From the human T2T-CHM13v2.0 reference genome, Homo sapiens, in the NCBI RefSeq assembly GCF_009914755.1, contig NC_060934.1: a stretch of DNA of 64,000 bases; one strand, given 5' to 3'. The position numbers were made by a program, and so were the translations under genes. The notes below the pieces were generated by a model that was not told the DNA's origin, did no database searches, and saw nothing but the letters and a program-made list of their open reading frames with translations. Each line of letters opens with the position of its first letter. Positions within the stretch are counted from its first letter, which is position 1. Below are positions 21,136-64,000 of the stretch, in pieces.

Positions 21136-21300
21136 GGGGCGGGCGGGGCCTAGGGGCGGGGCTTGGGGGCCGGGGCGGGGCCTTACGGGGAGGGCGGGGC
21201 TTGGGGGCAGAGGCGGGGGCCTTACGGGGAGGGCGGGGCTTAGGGGCAGAGGCGGGGCTTTACGGGGAGGGCGGGGCTTTATTGGAGGGCGGGGCTTTAG
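21136..21300. promoter_or_regulatory. FUOM CpG promoter with tandem GC-box array
   Basis: About 9-10 GGCGGGG motifs at ~19-20-bp period immediately 5' of the ATG. Confidence 0.75.
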
Positions 21301-22349
21301 GGTCCCGGGCTTGGGGCTTGGGGACGGGCCGGGCCTAGGGTTCGGCGGGCTGGGGTCCGCTTGCGGCTCAAGGAAGGGCGGGGAGCCCCAGGAACTGGGG
21401 ACGTGCGGGCTGAGTCGTGGCGTGGGGGCAACACCCAGCCAGCCCACGGGCTCCTCGCCAGGTCCGAGACTCGGGTGCCCTTGCGCTGTGGCCGGGGGCT
21501 CCCCAGTGTCCCTACCCGAGCCTCCCACCCCGAGCTCCCTCAGGCCGAAGGGGTTCAACCGCCGCGGCCTCCCCTCATGAGGGTCTCTGCCCTCTGACCA
21601 CTTCGTGCTGCCCTTAGGCCTGGCAGAATGCCCGGAGCGCACCGGGTCCCTGGGGTCACCATGGTGGGTAGCTGGACCCAGGCCTTCAGCCCACGCTCCT
21701 GAGGGACCGGGAGCAAGGGACACGGGAGCCAGGACTTCGGACCCCCTTGGGGGGAGTCCAGGAGGGCAGCCAGGCCCAGCTTCCAGGCTCAGCTGCGAAG
21801 TGCCAGGACACCTAAGGGTCCTCCATCATCCCCCGGTGTCAGCGGCCTGCAACCCCCTGCCCAGGATGGCGGCATCCTGACCTTTGGCTGAGCTCAGGCT
21901 GGCCAGGCCCTCCCTCCGCGGAACCACCTTCTTCCACATGATTCCCAGCTGGACACCAGCTGTGGGGCTAGCACTGCGGCCCTGGCCCTCAGCCCTGAGG
22001 TGACACAAATGCTCTGAGGCCTGGCGGCTCCTAAAAAGTTCTGAAAATCAATCTGTATGTGAAAAATGACAAAGCCGCGTCAGAAAACCAGGAGGAAACA
22101 GACGTCTCCATGTTGAACTGCTTGGCCCTAGGAGCCTGTCCCCATGGGAAGTGGCCTGGGCTGCGTCGGAAAAGCCTGGTGGGGCCACCCAGGCTGGCAC
22201 CCAGCAGCACCTGAACAGCTGGCCCTGGGCCGGCCACTCGGGCAGAGAGAAGACCGGGGCTGCCCAGGGCCTGCCAATGAGGGGTGGCTTTGCACCGAGG
22301 CCACCGGGTTTCAGAGCTGTACCTGGGCAGTTTCTACTCCAACTTGTAA

Positions 22350-22791
<442 letters not shown>

Positions 22792-24041
22792 CTAGCTCAG
22801 GAGTGAGTGGAAGCCTCACTCTGAGTCTGGGGTTCCCCTGCCCCGGACAGTGGCACCCCTCCCTCCAGGCTCCCTGGGGCCAGCATGAAGACAAAGTCCA
22901 TTCCCCAGCCTAAGGGTTGGGTGTCTGTCCCTGCCAAGCTCTGGAACCAGATAACTAGACGCAGCCCTCTGAGATGCGGCTTCCATGCTGGGCCCTTTCT
23001 TGGCTTCCAGCCAAGTGTGGCTGACACAGGTATGAACGTGAGGCTGCAGCCAGCCCTACGGATCTCTGAGGTTCCATTGCTTGAAATCAGATTATGGAGG
23101 CTGACCCCAGTGCACATGAAAAATTAAACGGAGTGGATTTTCTCAATGTTCAGGCTTCCTCCCTTGCATACTTGAACATTTGGTGCCTATCTATCTCTGC
23201 ATATTTACTCCAGGCTCCAGGGCCAGTGGTTCATGACCCACGCAGACTCCACGTGCTCCACTCCAGTAAGTGAGCAGGTTCCAGATTCCCTACCCCAAGG
23301 GAAGAGCCTGTTATGCCCTGTTGGACCTGAATCAAACTCCCTTTGTACCTGTTTCAGTATTTGTCAAACAGTCCCAGATCCCAAGGCTTATCTGAGGCTT
23401 ATCTGAAAAGAACATCTCCCGCCTGTTTTAAGGCCAACTGCATGAGAACTCCCACCTGCCCTGGCAGAAGCGAGATAAACCTGCTCCACCCTGAAGCCGG
23501 CTCTGAACTAGTGGACTCCAATCACAGCACACAGGAGGACAGACGGGGTGGGTGGGAGTGCAGAGCCAATGCCTCCGAGGCAAGCGGTCGCAGAGCATGC
23601 GTGTGCCCCCTTTGCGTGTACATGTAACCGGACACGCGGGCGTGGCACCTGCAGCGTTCAGGGAACCAGAGCTCGGCAAAGATCACTGTTCTTCTTTCTT
23701 GATGCAGGTGAACCTGTCCTTGGTATTCAGCCCAAGTCCTCAGCGGTGGGGGCTCACACACTCTGCCCACCCAACCCAAGGCCATGACCACAATCTAGAC
23801 CACCTACGCACACTGAGCTGCGGGGCCAAGTGGAGGAGACACCGGCAAACGCTCTCTGGCGTCTGCACTGAGCTGGGGGCAGGTGGGCTTCCCTGGGGGA
23901 AATACCTAGAACCAAGGGCATGATGACATGTCCATAGTATGAAACGTCAGGGCCACTAAAAAGAATGTTATAGGACTGTCATTTAGTGAGAAAATCAAAT
24001 GGTGAAACATGCCACAACAGGCACAAACCTTCTGGACAGTA

Positions 24042-24810
24042 TGTGCCTTAGCTTGGGCTGCTGTGATGCAGTGGCATGGTCTGGGTGGCTGATAAACACT
24101 GACTTTCCACAGTTCTGGAGGCCAAGGCTCCAGGCAGGTTCGGTGTGTGATGAGGCCCACCCTGGTTTACAGACAGCACCTTCCCACAGAGCACTCACAT
24201 TGTGGGAGGGGTGAAAGAGTGCCCTCAGGGCTCTCCTAAGGGCAGTAATCCCACTGGAGGAGCTCCGCCCCCTCATAGGGCACTAATCCCACTGGAGGAG
24301 CTCCGCCCTCTCATAGGGCACTAATCCCACTCAAAGAGCTCCATCTTCTCATAGGGCAGTAATCCCACTGGAGGAGCTCCGCCCTCTCATAGGGCACTAA
24401 TCTCACTGGAAGAGCTCCATCCTCTCATAGGGCACTAATCCCACTGGAAGAGCTCTGCCTTCTCTTAGGGCATTAATCCCACTGAAGGAGCTCCGCCCTC
24501 TCATAGGGCACTAATCCCACTCAAAGAGCTCCGCCCTCTCACAGGGCACTAATCCCAAAGAGCTCTGCCCCCTCATAGGGCACTAATCCCACTTGAAGAG
24601 CTCTGCCCTCATAGGGCACTAATCCCACTGGAGGAGCTCCGCCCCCTCATAGGGCACTAATCCCACTGGAGGAGCTCCACCCTCTCTCTCCTAGGACACT
24701 AAACCCACTCGAAGAGCTCTGCCCTTGTGACTAGTCATTGCCCAAAGTCCCCCCTCCTAATGCAGTCACGGTAGGGGTTAGGATTTCAACCCAGGGATTT
24801 GGGGTGGGGC
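24042..24810 (-). mobile_element. MLT1-family LTR carrying an internal VNTR
   Basis: cttagcttgggctgctg...cacagttctggagg...aagggcactaatccc...ggggttaggatttcaac blocks. Confidence 0.7.
24237..24725. repeat. 38-bp VNTR, ~13 copies
   Basis: Unit atagggcactaatcccactggaggagctccgccctctc. Confidence 0.95.
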
Positions 24811-25619
24811 TGAGTGAAATGAGCCTGACCCAAAGGGATAAATGGAGGTCCCTCCATAGAGACAGGAAGTAGAAGCGTGGGTGCCAGGAGCTGGAGGGAA
24901 GCAGAAAAGGGGTTGTTGTTTAACGGGGACAGTTTCTGTTTGGGAAAATGAAAGCTTTCTTGGATAGTCATGGCTGCACAACGAGAACGTACTTAATGCC
25001 GCTGAAATGTGCATTTGAAATGGTTCAGACCAGCCTGGGCAACACGGGGAAACCCCGTCTCTACAAAAGGTAAATTTAAACAGTCAGCTGGGTGTGGGAG
25101 TGCGCCCCTGTGGTCCCAGCTACTTGGGAGGGGGGGAGGATCACTTGAGCCCAGGAGATTCAAGCTGCAGTGAGCTGTGACTGAGCCACGCACTCCAGCC
25201 CGTCTCTAAAACACAGTGGTTAAGATGATCAAGTTGACGTCGTGTGTTCCCACAGTAGAGAAGAATGCAGTAAACTGAACAGAGAGCTCCTTATGACAGA
25301 AGTAGGAAGAAAATAGGGTGGGCTCTCGTGAGGAAAGGGCTCGACGTGAGTGGGCGTGGAAGAAAACCATAGACCATGCCTGTGCCCGTGTGCAGGGGTG
25401 TGTGGGTGCGTGCACAGAACTCTAGGAAGTCACAAGCCCAGCTGTTCACAGTGGCCACCCTGGAAGTATGATGTGAGGCAACTGACTATACAAACTTGTT
25501 TTGTTTGAATGTTGTTCCTTACAGTGAAAAAACAAAAAAGTTTAAAAAAACAACTAACATGACAGAATGCTCATTGCAGACATGACTACAAGGCGTGGTG
25601 TAATCTGAATCGCTATCAC

Positions 25620-25625
25620 TTTAAT
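25620..25625 (-). terminator. ECHS1 polyadenylation signal (ATTAAA)
   Basis: tttaat on +, ~360 nt past the stop codon. Confidence 0.65.
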
Positions 25626-25983
25626 CAGCATCTGTATGAAGGCAGCAGACAGCGTTTCCCTCAGAGCAGCCCCATTCTTCAGCGGCAGGGACACAAGGAC
25701 CCACAGGCCCCGCTTTCCGTCCGAGCACAGCATGCCCAGAGGGACCAGCGGGGGCTCCTCAGCAGAATCTTAGATTTAGAAGGTGCTCCAGTCAGGACCC
25801 TCACAGGCTGGGTGACGAAGGCTGTCATGCCGTGAGAGGTCGGGCCACGACCACGCAGCAATTGGAGAGGAACTGCACACCACGGACACTGCTCTTGAAA
25901 AGAGGATGATTTACTTGCTTCTAAAACTGACAGGCTGCACTTGTCCTCTCCAAGCAGAGGTGTGAAGCAGGGGCAGCTGGTTC

Positions 25984-36850
<10,867 letters not shown>

Positions 36851-37059
36851 ATTAGGAGGAGTTTTATTTTCATGCACACAAGACTTCAACAGATTTAAAT
36901 AATAAAAATTTCATTCATTTAAGTTATTTTATTTATACCTTTTAAATATCTAGACAAGTATTGTGGAGCATCCATTTGTGTACTTGCCCGGATTCTGCAA
37001 ACGCCAGGGTGGAGATAAAACCACCCTGGATAAAATGGAATGGAAAGCGAAACTGCTAT

Positions 37060-37710
<651 letters not shown>

Positions 37711-37959
37711 CTATGTTCAAGAAAATAATTCAATTCAAACCAAAAATGAACATGCACCAAAATTTTATTTCAAGACCGAGGGTAAAAATGAAGACATCTC
37801 GTGTAAGTAGAAACAAATCAACAACAAACCTCAACAAACCTTTACTAAACGATGCTCTATACTAGTGTAGTTAAACCTCTGGGACAGACAGGCCCAAAAT
37901 GAAATGGCTCAGACAGAAAAGAGGTTTATTTCCTTCCTTCCTTCTCCTTCACCTTCTCT

Positions 37960-38250
37960 TCTTTCCTTTCTTTCTTGTCTCGCTGTCACCCAGGCTGGAG
38001 TGCAGTGGTGTCATCCCGGCTCATCGTAGCTTGCGCCTCCCGGGTTCAAGCGATTCTCCTGCCTCAGCCTCCTGAGTAGCTGGAACTACGGGTGCTTACC
38101 ACCATGCCCGGCTAATATTTGTAGTTTTTTAGTAGAGTCGGGAGTTTTGCCATGTTGGCCAGGCTGTTCTCGAACTCCTGACCTCAAGTGATCCACCGGT
38201 CTCGGCCTCGCAAAGTGCTGGAATTACAGGAGTGGACCACCGTGTCCGCC
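37960..38250 (-). mobile_element. AluS
   Basis: Antisense Alu consensus. Confidence 0.88.
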
Positions 38251-38304
38251 AAGAGGTTTCCTTTCTAACGACCCAGGAGGCCGGGCAGCTCCCGTCCTCC
38301 ATCA

Positions 38305-39570
38305 AGTAATGTAGCCACAAAAGCACAAGCAACAAAGGGAGAACATATGTAAATTGGATTTCACCAAAATTTAAAACTTTTATGTCTGAAAGGACACTAC
38401 CAAGATAGTGAGAGGACTGAACAGACATTCCTCCAATGAAGATAATCAGTGTCAGATAAGCTCAGCATCACGAATCATTAGGGAAATGCAAACTGACCCC
38501 TCAGTGATACGACGTCACACCTACTGTGCTGGCTGCAATAAAAAGCCCAACAGTCACAGCGGGTTGTGGGGGACGTGAGCGGGGAACGCTGGTACACTGC
38601 CAGCGGGAATGGAAAATGGTGCAGTCACTTTGGAAAACAGTCTGTTGTTTCCTCAAAAGGTCAAACAGCAACTCCACTCTTAGGTGTACACCTCAGAGAA
38701 ATGAAGACAAATGTCCACAAAAACTTAGACATGAACGTTCATAGCAACATTATTCATAATAGCCAAAAAGAGGGAAAAAGCCAATTGTCCATCAACTCAT
38801 GAATGGATAAACAAAATGTCATATATCCAAACAATGGATACATTAGAATGTATTAGACTATACAATGGACTCTATTCAGGAGTAAAAAAGAAAGAAGCGC
38901 TGATACACATTACAAAATGGACAAGCCTTGGAAATGTTATGCTCAGTAAAAAAAGCCAGACACAAAGGCCGTGCATTGAATAGGTTCCATTTCTATGAAA
39001 TGTACAGAACAGGCAAATCCACAGAGACAGAAACTAGATTAGCGGTCACCAGGGGCTGGAGGGAGGGGTAATGGGGGGGACTGCTGAGGGGCATCCCCAT
39101 TTGCTTTTTAGGGTGATGAAAATGTCCTAAACTTGGGGCCAGGCGCAGTGGTGCACGCCTGTAATCCCAGCACTTTGGGAGGCCAAGGCAGGTGGATCAC
39201 CTGAGGTCAGGTGTTCGAGACCAGCCTGGTCCAACATGGTGAAACTCCGTCTCTACTAAAAATACAAAAATTAGCCGGGCGTAGTGGCACATGCCTATAA
39301 TCCCAGCTACTCAGGAGGCTGAGGCAGGAGAATTGCTTGAACTTGGAAGGCAGAGGTTGCAGTGAGCCAAGGTAGTGTCACTGCACTCCAGCCTGGGCAA
39401 CAGAGCAAGACTCCATCTCAAAAAAACAAAACAAAACAAAAAAGTTCTAAACTGGATGATGGTGACAGTGGCACAACTCTGTAACTAAACTGAACACCAT
39501 TGAATTGAACACTTTAAACGGGAGAAGTCTTACAGCATGATGTCTATATCAATAAAGCTATTTTAAAAAA
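38305..39570 (+). mobile_element. Old L1M 3' end interrupted by an AluS (39137-39443)
   Basis: aaatggtgcagtcactttggaaaacag, gaatggataaacaaaatg, agccagacacaaagg, ctatatcaataaagct. Confidence 0.8.
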
Positions 39571-41299
39571 TGAACAAGCCTGATTCAGTCAAAGCCACAT
39601 GGGTAGTTGCCACCTTGATCACCATAGGTGGCACCACCCAAGGCCCTCTGGAGCTAGGAGAAGCACATACCTTGTACCAGTCAGATGGAAAAGAGGTTGT
39701 GTCCGTGTGTTCCAGCTGGTGGCTCTGGCATGGCAGGATTGTCCAGGACTGGCCGTGGTCACGTGCACTCTCCATTTCAGAGCAAGGGGGACGAGCGACT
39801 AACCCAGCCCCAGGTCAGCGCGTCAGTGGCCCGTGCTATTGGATTCAGGCTGTGGCACCACATCCAGGGGACAAAGAGCGCGTCGGTTGTCCCCACCCTG
39901 CAGCTCTTGGGTCCATGTCTTCTCTCTCCGCGCCATAAAGCCAGAGTTCCCATTTCAGTCACTACAACCCCTCCTTGCACCAGGCCTTCCAGGTGTGGGG
40001 CATGGGCATGTTTACCTCTGGCCTGTGTGGACCGCTGTGGGGAGGCTTGGCCAGCAAGTTGCTGAGCCAAGTAGCTTTTATGGGATCCTGCCGCTCCACA
40101 GGAGGATCCGGGAGGCTGAACTAGAGTTAAGTTAGAATCTTTCGGTTCCCCTTCGGGCTGGGCTCCCCGCAGGAACCAGGAACGGGCTGGCCAGGAGGAC
40201 ATGATGGACCGGGAGAAGGTGACAGAGGCAAAGCCAGACCCTTCCTGTTCCATCTTGCAGAGGCTGTCCCAACGCGAGGTGAGGCCAGGTGCCTGGGGGA
40301 CATCGATGCCTGACCAGAGCCCAGCCTGGACAGCCTTCCAGCAAAGGCTGGGCACTGGCCGACCGTAACGGCCCAGGAGAATGAGGACACGGGAGTCTCG
40401 GGGCTGGAGGAGCTGGCTGACCAGATGGTGCCTGACACGGTGCTGAAAACAGGGCAGCAGTCCCCAGAGGCTGAGGGGCCAAAGTAGCCTGTCCACCCAG
40501 AGTGGCGAGGCCCACGCCTGTGCAGGAGGCCTGAGGCATGGGGTGGCCTCCCTCACAGCTGTGCCCACCCAGCCTGTGCGCAGGGCGATGTGCTCCTATG
40601 TCTGGGCAGTGAGCTGGGCCCTGCGGCGAGAGCAGCAGCAGCTCGATTTCACACGGAGCCACTAGGGAGTGGGCCGTTCCCTTGGCCATACCCGTGGGGG
40701 ACCCAGTTCATCTGTGGAATTCAGAACCCCAGAGTATTTAATCTGCCATCTCAGGACCTCCGCTGGGGAGCTGGGGCAGGTGGGTGGGTGGTCCCGCTGG
40801 GCTTCCGTGGTGCATGCCAGGGACCTCAGAATGGAGCGCCCCACTGAGCCAGCGGCTCTGCTTCAGGCCCAAGAGCAGGGAGTAAGAGAGAAGCCTGCTC
40901 AGGCAGAACAGGTGACACTCGTGGCGGGGGCTGCACCCCAAACACTTGCCATCCGACTAAGGGGGTGGGGCAGCCCTTCTTTCCTTAGTCCTGGCATGTC
41001 GGGTGGGTCAGCTTGGTGGACAGCTGGCCCTGCTGACCCGGGATCCGCCCTGGGTTCCCCATGGCCTGGAGGCAGGAGGAGATGGCCACTGCATCCAGCG
41101 TCGCCTCCTGGTGCTGCGGGCCCCTGACGGACAGAGGACGCTCGACCCCTGCCCGCCACCGCCCAGGGAGTCAGCCCGACTCCCAGGCACCCGCCCCTCT
41201 CCCTGCCTGGAGCTCAGCTCGCGGGGTTGGCTAGGGAGTGATGGGGAGTGGAATCCAGCGACACCAGGTCACCCTTCCGGGAGCCTTTTCTCCAGCTGG

Positions 41300-54428
<13,129 letters not shown>

Positions 54429-55079
54429 CTGGGCCCAGCCTACTCTGTTCCACCCGTGTCGGGGGTAGGCTGGGACCGTCATTTCTTCTGACAGATTTCA
54501 GTCTGGCTTGAAATTTGGGGATGTTAATGAGGGTCCTCTGGTTTTTGGTAACCAGGGCCACCTTCTCAGTTCTTGTGTCTGTTATTGGAGTCTGGCCAGG
54601 GTTGACTTGAGCTGAGACACCAGATGCTCACGGAGATGCTGGACACATAAAGCAAGTTACAGCCACAGCTCCCAGAGCCATCTTTCCTGCCTTGAGGCTG
54701 TCCTGTCCTTCCTGCCTTGGGGCTCCAGCATCTGCTGCTGTTGTCTTTGTCTTGCTCCGGGCCCAGGTTGCACAGGGCCCTGTGTCTCCAATCCCCACAA
54801 CCACACATGGCCCCACACTCTGGGTTCCCTGAACTCTGGGTCCTGTAGTTGCTTCTCGTGCCCCTGCATTCTCGTGGCTGCTGCCTGGGATGACAGCATA
54901 GCTGACAACCCTCCTCTTGCTCATCAACTGATGCTGCATCAGGCGCCCACTTCACAGGTTCGCAGGGCACTGGGGAGATGAGGGGTGCCCTGCCCTGCCC
55001 TGAGGCCGGGGGTTTTCTGGAGGAAGTGAATACATAATAAGGCCTGAAAAGAGAAACGGTGCCCAGCCCATGGGAGCCA

Positions 55080-55290
55080 GGGAGTGTGTGGGGCGTGGGC
55101 AGTGCTGGGGTGAGTGTGCTGGGTGCTGGGGGGTGTTGGGGTGGGGGCAGTGCTGGGGTGCTGGGGGGTGTTGGGGTGTGGGTAGTGTTGGGTGCTGGGG
55201 GGTGTTGGGGTGAGTGTGCTGGGTGCCGGGGGATGTTGGGGTGTGGGCAGTGCTGGGGTACCACGTGGTATTGGGGTGAATGTGCTGGGA
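55080..55290. repeat. G/T-rich degenerate minisatellite between PAOX and MTG1
   Basis: Recurrent gtgctgggg and gtgttggggtg. Confidence 0.85.
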
Positions 55291-55930
55291 GTCCAGGCCC
55301 CTCTCCGGCCCCTCCACCCCAGCCTGGATCTGCAGGGCTCCTCTCTTCTCACCCTCTGGTCTCTGTTCAAATTGCCCCTCCTAGGATGTTCCCTGACCCC
55401 ACCCTCCCGAGCCCCAGCCTCCCTCTGTAGCCAGCAGCCCCACCTGCATTTGCTGTGTCACCAGACTGTTCTCTCTGGGGACACCTGCCCATCAGACGCC
55501 TGGGAGAGAAATTCAGATTCCACAGGGTTTTATTGTGGTTTTGTGCTCCTAGGACCATGAGGGAATGCAGCTTCCTTAAAGTACAAAAATCTTTATCATT
55601 GACATTTAGGGTTTCATCAATTCTGTATCCCAGGGAGAAAGGCAGCAAGACCCAGGCTGCCCCCTCTGGGTGTGAGGGACCGGCTTGGTGAGGAGGGGGC
55701 TTGGGGGCATTGACCTAGCAGGAGGCCCTGACTGCCCCACTCAGCCCAGAAACCACCTGGGAGGCTTCTGTCTTCCACGGAGGGGCCACTCTCTCATGCC
55801 CAAAAATATTTACAGCTAGGCATTAGGGTATTAGGTGGTTTAAGAACATCAGAACCATGGCAATATTTTTGTACTTAGAATTTGAGCATGTTTGGTATTT
55901 TCAGTAGCTTGTTTAAAAAATTCCAGTAGA

Positions 55931-56725
<795 letters not shown>

Positions 56726-56929
56726 CCCTGAAGTACTTAAAAAGAAAATGAAGAGGTTACATTTATAAGGTAAATTTAAAGTATTTGAGAGATTTTAACC
56801 AAATTGTAAAAAGAGATTGCTAAATTTTTACACTTATACTCAGGATATGCTTAAGGGAGAACGATGATTTTTAATATTTAATGAATGTTAATAAATCTGC
56901 GAATTACTTAAACCCACAAAACCCAGGAA

Positions 56930-57192
56930 CCTCCCCGTCCCCCCGGGTCTCCTCGCAGTCCCGCCCCGACGCTCGACCCACCATTCGTCCCTCCCTCTGG
57001 GCCCGGGCCCCGCCCACTCCGGGCTTCGCCGGAGGCGGAGGCAACGTCGTGCGCACGCGCAGGCCGTGGTGCGGCCCCTTGGAGCGCCGGAAGCCCGCAG
57101 TGCCGGAGGCCCGCAGCGCCGGAACCTCAGAGGCGGGTCGCAGCGGCGCAGAGGAGGTCAGCTGCGGGAGCGTTTCCGGGGACGGTGCCGCC
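56930..57192 (+). promoter_or_regulatory. MTG1 CpG promoter with NRF1 and ETS/GABP motifs
   Basis: TGCGCACGCGCA at 57050-57061 and GCCGGAAG at ~57086-57093, typical of nuclear-encoded mitochondrial genes. Confidence 0.7.
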
Positions 57193-62578
<5,386 letters not shown>

Positions 62579-62591
<13 letters not shown>

Positions 62592-62646
62592 GTACTGGCG
62601 CGTGCGGCTGATCACCTCAGGAAAGGTACTGGCGCGTGTGGCTGAT
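62579..62646 (+). repeat. 34-bp x2 repeat containing the MTG1 exon 6 donor
   Basis: cacctcaggaaag|gtactggcgcgtg(c/t)ggctgat present twice, 1 mismatch. Confidence 0.96.
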
Positions 62647-62883
62647 GTGCTGATGCCACCATCTTTCTTGGAGGGGACGTGCCCGAGGAGCACTGCCAGT
62701 CTTCTGCTGACCCCGCAGCCCCAGAGCACACCTTGTCTCGTTCAGTCCAGTTCACAGGAGGGCTGAACAGTGGGACCAGGTCGTTCTGTGAATTTCACAC
62801 TTAATTTTTCTCTCTTTTAAAATCTTTAACATGAAGATGGCTTTTCTAAACTTTGATATTTGTTCATTTATTTAAATCCCTTT

Positions 62884-63195
62884 GGCCGGGTGCATGGCTC
62901 ACGCCTGTAATCCCAGCACTTTGAGAGGCCGAGACGGGCGGATCATGAGGTCAGGAGATTGAGACCATTCTTGCTGAAACGGTGAAACCCCGTCTCTACT
63001 AAAAATACGAAAAATTAGGTGGGTGTGGTGGCGGGCACCTGTAGTCCCAGCCACTTAGGAGGCTGAGGCAGGAGAATGGCGTGAACCCGGGAGGCGGAGC
63101 TTGCAGTGAGTTGAGATTGTGCCACTGCGTTCCAGCCTGGGCGACAGAGCGAGACTCCGTCTCAAAAAAAAAAAGAAAAGAAAAGAAAAAAAATC
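62884..63195 (+). mobile_element. AluY, MTG1 intron 6
   Basis: AluY diagnostics; aaatcccttt repeated on both sides. Confidence 0.9.
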
Positions 63196-63589
63196 CCTTT
63201 GATCCAGAGAATACAAAGCGTGTGAAGTAGACGGGGCTGGATTATCAGGCAGGGAGGCTGCAAGGCCATTCCTCCATGGCGTCCGCCTTGCCTTTGCTGG
63301 AGGGTTCCTGGACTCCGGAGTCGCAGGCGCTCCTCTCCTCCCTCTGTGCCTGTTCTCAGACTCTGATTCAAAGCAGGAGCCCCGAGCACCCTTCACTGCC
63401 CCGTGGGCTCTTTTCCTTAAGTATTTTCAAGTTTAATTCAAGTCCTTGTTGGCTTCATTTTTCATATTAATAAGGCATTTATTAACAAACCCATTCATGA
63501 TGTGCAAATCTGAAGGCTTTAAACTACGGTGAACTGTTATTTTACAGAGAGGGTGTTTTTGGTGCTAATTGGAGCATTGTTACAGTCAT

Positions 63590-64000
63590 TTATTCTTTTA
63601 AGTTTATTTTTAAGCGTATTATTTTTTATCAGTGGTATTAAGTGCATTTATAGGGTTATGCAGCCAGCACCACTATTTTCAAATATTTTGGTTACCTGAA
63701 AATGAAACTCTGTAAATACAAAGAGTCACTCCCCCAGCCTCCTACACCCCTCGTTCCACTTTCTGTCTGTGAATTCGATGACTGTAACTGCCTCCTCCAA
63801 GTGGACTCACAGTACTTGGCCTTTTGTGACTGGCTGATGTCACCGATCGTGATGTCCTCAAGGTTCGTCTGTGTTGTCCTGAGTGTCAGAATTTTATTCC
63901 TTTTTAAGGCTGATCACCCCGTTGTGTGTACAGACCACATCCTGTCTTGTCCATTCATCTGGATGGACACTTGTGTTTTTTATTCTTGGGTTGTTTGTCC
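63590..64000 (-). mobile_element. Old L1M 3' end
   Basis: actttctgtctgtgaatt, ccttttgtgactggct, cctttttaaggctga, ccattcatct.gatggacactt. Confidence 0.75.

Noticed and set aside
19909-21723. 414-aa (+) and 399-aa (-) ORFs over FUOM
   Set aside because: CpG-island, stop-poor sequence. Only the FUOM exon 1 part is recognisable; the rest is promoter repeat and intron.
40173-40278. Two exon-like segments on + (cag|GAACC...GAAG|gtgaca and cag|AGGCTG...GAG|gtgagg)
   Set aside because: The intervening intron would be only 42 nt and no recognisable peptide results.

Overview
Human (primate) genomic DNA, GC-rich, Alu- and VNTR-dense, recognisable as distal chr10q26.3. It holds the 5' end/promoter of CALY (-, assigned by synteny), a BANF1 processed pseudogene nested in an LTR8, complete PRAP1 (+, 151 aa), FUOM (-, 154 aa), ECHS1 (-, 290 aa, hosting MIR3944), PAOX (+, 511 aa), and exons 1-6 of MTG1 (+, with a U12 AT-AC intron). 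Exon boundaries were read by hand and the CDS lengths close exactly. The most notable unexplained structures are: (1) a 139-bp, 84%-identical inverted duplication overlapping the MIR3944 hairpin, interleaved with an inverted Alu pair, which gives two competing RNA folds; (2) a perfectly triplicated 3' splice site in PAOX and a duplicated 5' splice site in MTG1, whose extra copies all lead to premature stops; (3) an in-frame U2 bypass of the MTG1 minor intron; (4) a BANF1 retrocopy whose compensating frameshifts step around a nonsense codon. All functional interpretations are inference. Repeat subfamily names are from memory of consensus sequences, and no database was searched.
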